Shown piece by piece: positions 58,605 to 64,000 of a DNA stretch of 64,000 nucleotides. The stretch is from Octopus vulgaris (Eukaryota). The notes beneath the pieces were generated by a model. The model was not told where the DNA came from. It saw only the letters and a list, made by a program, of their open reading frames with translations, and made no database searches. The stretch covers positions 70,246,001 through 70,310,000 of the forward strand of contig OX597824.1 in assembly GCA_951406725.2 (NCBI GenBank), written 5' to 3'. How positions within the stretch are numbered: position 1 is the first letter of the stretch; each line of letters opens with the position of its first letter. The translations under genes and the position numbers were made by a program.

Positions 58605-60615
58605 TATACAGCAAATAAGAGAAAATGGAGAGAATACAAAACAACAGCTTATGTATGTCGTTTCATATCCTCTCCATTTTCTCTTATTTGCCGTATAAAT
58701 TAAGGGTAAACCACTTGTTACCCCTGCCCATATCTGACTCTCAACTGTGAGATTACCGTGTAATAACCAGCATTTGGGTATGAAAAATTGGGTACACTAT
58801 CAGCAGTATATTGGATAGGTACTATCCCTTAGTTGGTTGGCTTCCCAACCTCTAACTCTCACAGAAATACATATATATATATTATAAAATAATTTCCATT
58901 ATATTTCTCAGAGCTTTTAGTTTTATTTGCTTCAGTTAATTCTGTAAGAGTGGACAGCAACTTGTTGTCAAAGGTCTCACAGAGTCTCTTTCCACAATAC
59001 TCAACATCTAAATACCATTCACAAAATCCTTGTTGACACCAAAATAATAAAATAGTAGCAACAGTAGGTATACAAGAAGTGTTGCTGGGAGGGAGGGGCT
59101 GATGGTGCCTGGTACTAGAGCATTAGTTTCTTGTAGTCTTCCTGGTTCTCCATCAGTTACAGCAAAAAGTGTTCAAGTCGTGAAATTAACATGGAAGTAA
59201 CTGAGCACTCCACAGACACATGTACCTTTAATGTGGTTCTCAGAGAGATTCAGCATGACACAGAATGTGACAAGGCTGGCCCTTTAGAATTACAGGTACA
59301 ACTCACTTTTGCCAGCTAAATGGACTGGAGTAATTTGAAATGATGTGTCTTGCTCAAGAATACAATACACCACCAGGAATTGAACTCACAACCTTATGAT
59401 TGTGAGCCAAATACTCTAATCACTAAGCCACATGTCAGTATTGTGGCAGATTCTGCACATACATTCAGTGATGAAATTGGGTTGGAATATGATAAACATT
59501 TCTAATTTTTGGCACAAGGCCAGCAATTTTGACGGGCTCAGCTGGTACGTATCTTGTCAACCCTGAGAAAATGAAAGGCAAAGGTGGGATTTGAAATCAG
59601 AACATAAGCAGTTGAAAGTAACACCACTAAGTACTTCTTTTTTACTTTTTTTATCCAGCTTGTCAGACAATTCAGACAATTGACACCATAATGATTTTGT
59701 TTTTTGATTTTTTTGCCACAGAGGGAGGTACAGATAAAGGGGACATTACAAGGACAATTTATACAGAAAAGGACTATGACAACTACAACTACCACTACTA
59801 ACTATCACTACTATTAATACTACTACTACTACTATTACTAGATCGACCCCTGTAAGCAATTGGTACTGAATTTATTGACCCTGAAAGGATAAAAGGCAAA
59901 GTTGACTTTGGTGGAATTTGAACTCGGAACAGAGAGACAGCTGAAATACTGCTAAGCATTTCATCCAGTGTGCTAACAGCTCCACCAGCTCACCACCTTA
60001 TCACTACTACTACTACTAATAATAATAATAATAATAAGCCTTTCTACCATAGGCACAAGGCTTGAAATTTGGCGGGGATGGGACGAGCCAATTACATCGA
60101 CCTCAGTGTTACTGGTACTTAATTTATTCTTTTCTGCTCTAGGCACAAGACCTGAATTTTTTGGGGAAGGGGCCAGTTGATTAGATCGACCCCAATAAGG
60201 AACTTGTACCTAATTTATCGACCCCAAAAGGATGAAAGGCAAAGTCAAACTTGGCGAATCTGAACTCAGATTTAGAACTGGTAAAATAATAAAAATAATA
60301 ATAATAACAATAAGGAAAAGGGGAAGAAAAAGGAGTGAGGAGAGAAGGTAAAATAAGCAAAAAAAAAAAAATTCAGAAAATACATAGGAAAGAACTAGTG
60401 TTCACATGAAATCGAAGAAAAAAAAAAATGAAAAATTGTGATGCAGAAAGAAAAAAAGAAAAAAAACACTAAGACAAAAAAAAAAAAAAGATAATAAAAA
60501 TAGATGTAAGACGAAGATGGAGAGGAAGAGAGAGAAAAATACCCCAAAGAAATAGATAAAAAAAAGAACAAAGAGCAAAATACTAAAGAGAAATAACTCG
60601 AAAATAACTGACAAG

Positions 60616-60654
<39 letters not shown>

Positions 60655-60880
60655 TGTGTGTGTATGTGTACACATATATACAAAGAGATAGATAGATATA
60701 GATACATACATATGTATATGTATGTGTATATATATATATATATATAAATATATATATATATATGTGTATGTGTGTGTATATATCTATATATATATATATA
60801 TGTATGTATATATATATATATGTGTGTGTGTAGATATATATATATGTATGTATGTATGTATGTATATGTATATATATATG

Positions 60881-60914
<34 letters not shown>

Positions 60915-61457
60915 TATAAATATAGAAGAGAGAGCGAGGGGGAAGAGATGTGTGTGTGTGTGTGTGTAATATATATTATATATATAAGTGTACGCATAAT
61001 GGAAGCAAACAAAAATGAGAGAAGGCAAAACAAAAATTTCCAAGAAGGACCCATGGCAGCAGTAGTCCGGGGTGTGTGGTTGTGTCGGGTTGGAAATGTC
61101 TGTTTAACAAGTGTGGCTTTAATAAATGGAACACTATTACCAATTTCCCTTAAGACTAGAGCAGAGTGCTAAAACAGCCATTGTAGTTTCCTGCTCGCAC
61201 GCTACCAAAGATTGCCGCCGCCTCAGTCTGGTTGCACTCTTAAGTTCTTTTACCTTACAAACAGCCAACCACTTGCTTCATCTATCATTATATTTATATA
61301 CGTGTGTGTATATGTGTGTGTGTGTGTGTACACACACACACACAAACATACACATATATATATATACAAATGTAGATATATATATATGTGTGTGTGTATA
61401 CTGTGTGAGTGTGTATGTATGTGTACATAGATGTACAGATATACAAGTGTATGTGTA

Positions 61458-61491
<34 letters not shown>

Positions 61492-61612
61492 CATATATAT
61501 ATGTGTGTGTGTGTGTGTGTGAATATATATTATTTTATTCTTCTACTTGTTTCAGTCATTTGACTGTGGCCATATATGTATGTGCATGTGTACACATATA
61601 TACAAGTATAGA

Positions 61613-61658
<46 letters not shown>

Positions 61659-61718
61659 AGAAACATACTTGCATACCGTTTCTTAGAAATATTGAGATAT
61701 AAATATGGAGACACAAAG

Positions 61719-61749
<31 letters not shown>

Positions 61750-62501
61750 GGTGCATGTATATATATATAGTTTATACACATACACACATATATTCATAAT
61801 CACATAATATACTCACACTTTCACAAAGAGACATATATACACATATAATTACACAGACATGTATACACCAGGGGCAAATAAACTATACATTATATATATA
61901 TATATATATATTGTATGTATGTATATTCAATAGACACACATTTTCTAACACATACACATGCAAAAACGCTTGTTTGCATCAAATGTTAATAAAAGAAGAC
62001 TAGCAGAGGGTGGAGGAATGGGGGAAGCAGTGGGTTGCAGAGGCAGGTAGGAAGGAAGGTATTGGGAAGTAATTGGTGATGGTGGTGGTGGTGGAGGTGG
62101 CAGTGGTGGTGATGGTGGTGGTGGTGGTGATGGTGGTGGTTGTGGTGGTGGTGGTGGTTTCTACAAACAGCAAGGGCTGCTGTTAGCTGGAAGCTTTAGG
62201 AATTGATGGTAGAAGGTGGTGGTGGTGGTGGTGGTGGTGGTGGTGTTGGGGAGGGGGGGCTACCTATGGTGGGAGGTAGAAAGGAACTTGTTACCTCCTT
62301 TTGTGTGTGTGTATGTGTGTGTATGTGTGTGTGTGTATGTGTGTGAGTGTGTGTCAATGGGATGTGGGTATGTGGTATTGAGAGAGTGATGTCAGGAGGG
62401 AGGGAGAGACAGAAGATGGCAGAGAGAAAAGACAGAATGGATGGAACTAACAAAGAAATTAGAGTGAAGAATGTATATATTGGAGAGAGAGAGAGAGAGA
62501 G

Positions 62502-62550
<49 letters not shown>

Positions 62551-62798
62551 AAGAAACTGAGATAGACAGGAAAACAATATCATTCAGCATGATGCCAATT
62601 TCTACAGTTATGTTTGTGTGCATATATGTATGTACATGTGTCCTATGTATATGTATGTATCTATGTGTGTGTGTGAGCTTGTGTGCATATATATGCATGT
62701 GTGTGTGCATGTATATATATATATATATATACACACACATACAGACACAAATACATATACACACACATATACATACATGCACACATATACATACATAT

Positions 62799-62831
<33 letters not shown>

Positions 62832-62987
62832 TACATACATACATATATACATATATAATGTAGTCTTTGGTGATGGCCAGTCAGAATGTTATCATTGGTT
62901 TTGCAGCTATTATGCTCTTAACAATATCAGACTCATCAGACCACCAGCTGGAGCCACATAACCTCTTTGTGCATATCTATCTATCTA

Positions 62988-63020
<33 letters not shown>

Positions 63021-63422
63021 ATCTATCTACATACATATATACATACAAACATTACTTTCTCTCTAAGCATAATCATAAAAGTATAAAATTGAGATTTAAC
63101 ACAAATAGGAGTATTATAATTTATATTGAGTATATATAAAACTATGTATATATACATTCAAGCTTAAGGTATATACATACACAAAGAGAGACATATGTTC
63201 GGATATGCAAATGAGGGAAGGAAAGTACCCAATACAAGTTGCAGATTTATATTTATTTATTAAAGAAACTGATGCACCAAGCCTTCTATCACTACATTTT
63301 AGTTTTCCATTTCTGTTTAGCTTCTTCTGCTGTGGAGAAGGGAAAAATGGTACTCAGATACTCAGAATAAATATACAGACACAACGAAGAAAAACCAAGC
63401 AGATATAAATATATGTATATAA

Positions 63423-63455
<33 letters not shown>

Positions 63456-63459
63456 GTAA

Positions 63460-63760
63460 AGGCACTTTGCTTAGTGGTTAGGGTGTTACACTCATGATTG
63501 CAAGATCTTGGTTTCGATTCTCAGACTAGGCATTGCGTTATGTTCTTGAGCAAAACACTTTGTTTCATGTTGGTCTGTGATCATTTCATCATCCGAACAT
63601 GCGGCATGTCATGCCCCTGTACATGTAACGTAATGTTGATTTGATGGAAGGAGTTAGCTTGTGAGTACACAGACATTTGATCACTATAAACAAATCATCT
63701 GTGTGGTTGTTAAGCAAAAAATTGCAGATCTCACATACGTTATCAAATGACAGGAGAATC
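63460..63760 (+). mobile_element. tRNA-headed CORE-like SINE (family F)
   Basis: GCTTAGTGGTTAGGGTGTT head, GGTTTCGATTC B box, GTTCTTGAGCAAAACAC body, tail ending TGACAGGAGA; reverse copies ~29550-29835 and 49895-50175. Confidence 0.75.
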
Positions 63761-63829
63761 CATGATATATGTACATGTATATATGTGTGTATATAAATAT
63801 GTGTGTGTGTATATATATATATATATATA

Positions 63830-64000
63830 GTTAATCCAAACATGAAAACACAATGCGAGGATGTGGAACAAGTATAGTGTTATTGGACACTCAGGAAAGG
63901 AAAGAAAGAAGGAGGATTTACGGTTTGAGCGGAGCTCTTCGTCAGAAACATAGGAAAAGGAAAGATCCAAGGAAGGGAAGACAGAGGAAAAAAAATCGCC
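63830..64000 (-). mobile_element. Penelope-like terminal-repeat remnant
   Basis: Minus strand CTGACGA-AGAGC-TCC-GCTC-AAAC, a hammerhead-like core with a mutated GAAA box. Confidence 0.45.

Overview
AT-rich, microsatellite-saturated animal genomic DNA. The SINE repertoire and (TA)n/(CA)n/(AAT)n load suggest an octopus or other coleoid cephalopod (inference). The only host coding sequence I can support is two minus-strand exons of a prospero/PROX homeobox gene: 26305-26151 (homeodomain, [24 protein letters not shown]...WFSNF-R) and 12702-12558 ([14 protein letters not shown]...HYNRNNQIE), joined in frame by a 13.4 kb GT-AG intron. The homeodomain exon has no usable AG acceptor. It is preceded by a consensus U12 branch site (TTCCTTAAC) and AC dinucleotides, i.e. 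a minor-spliceosome (likely AT-AC) intron. I found no matching donor in the window, so that intron appears to be >37 kb. The last coding exon also seems to lie outside the window (before position 1). The rest is intronic: modular tRNA-derived SINEs, L1/Tx1, R4/Dong and Hero-like LINE remnants, hAT/piggyBac/mariner/Helentron-type elements, Penelope-like remnants with hammerhead-like motifs, hairpins, and a few unique islands with E-box, X-box and CTCF-like motifs. Nearly all supplied ORFs are microsatellite artefacts. Repeat boundaries were read by eye and are approximate.
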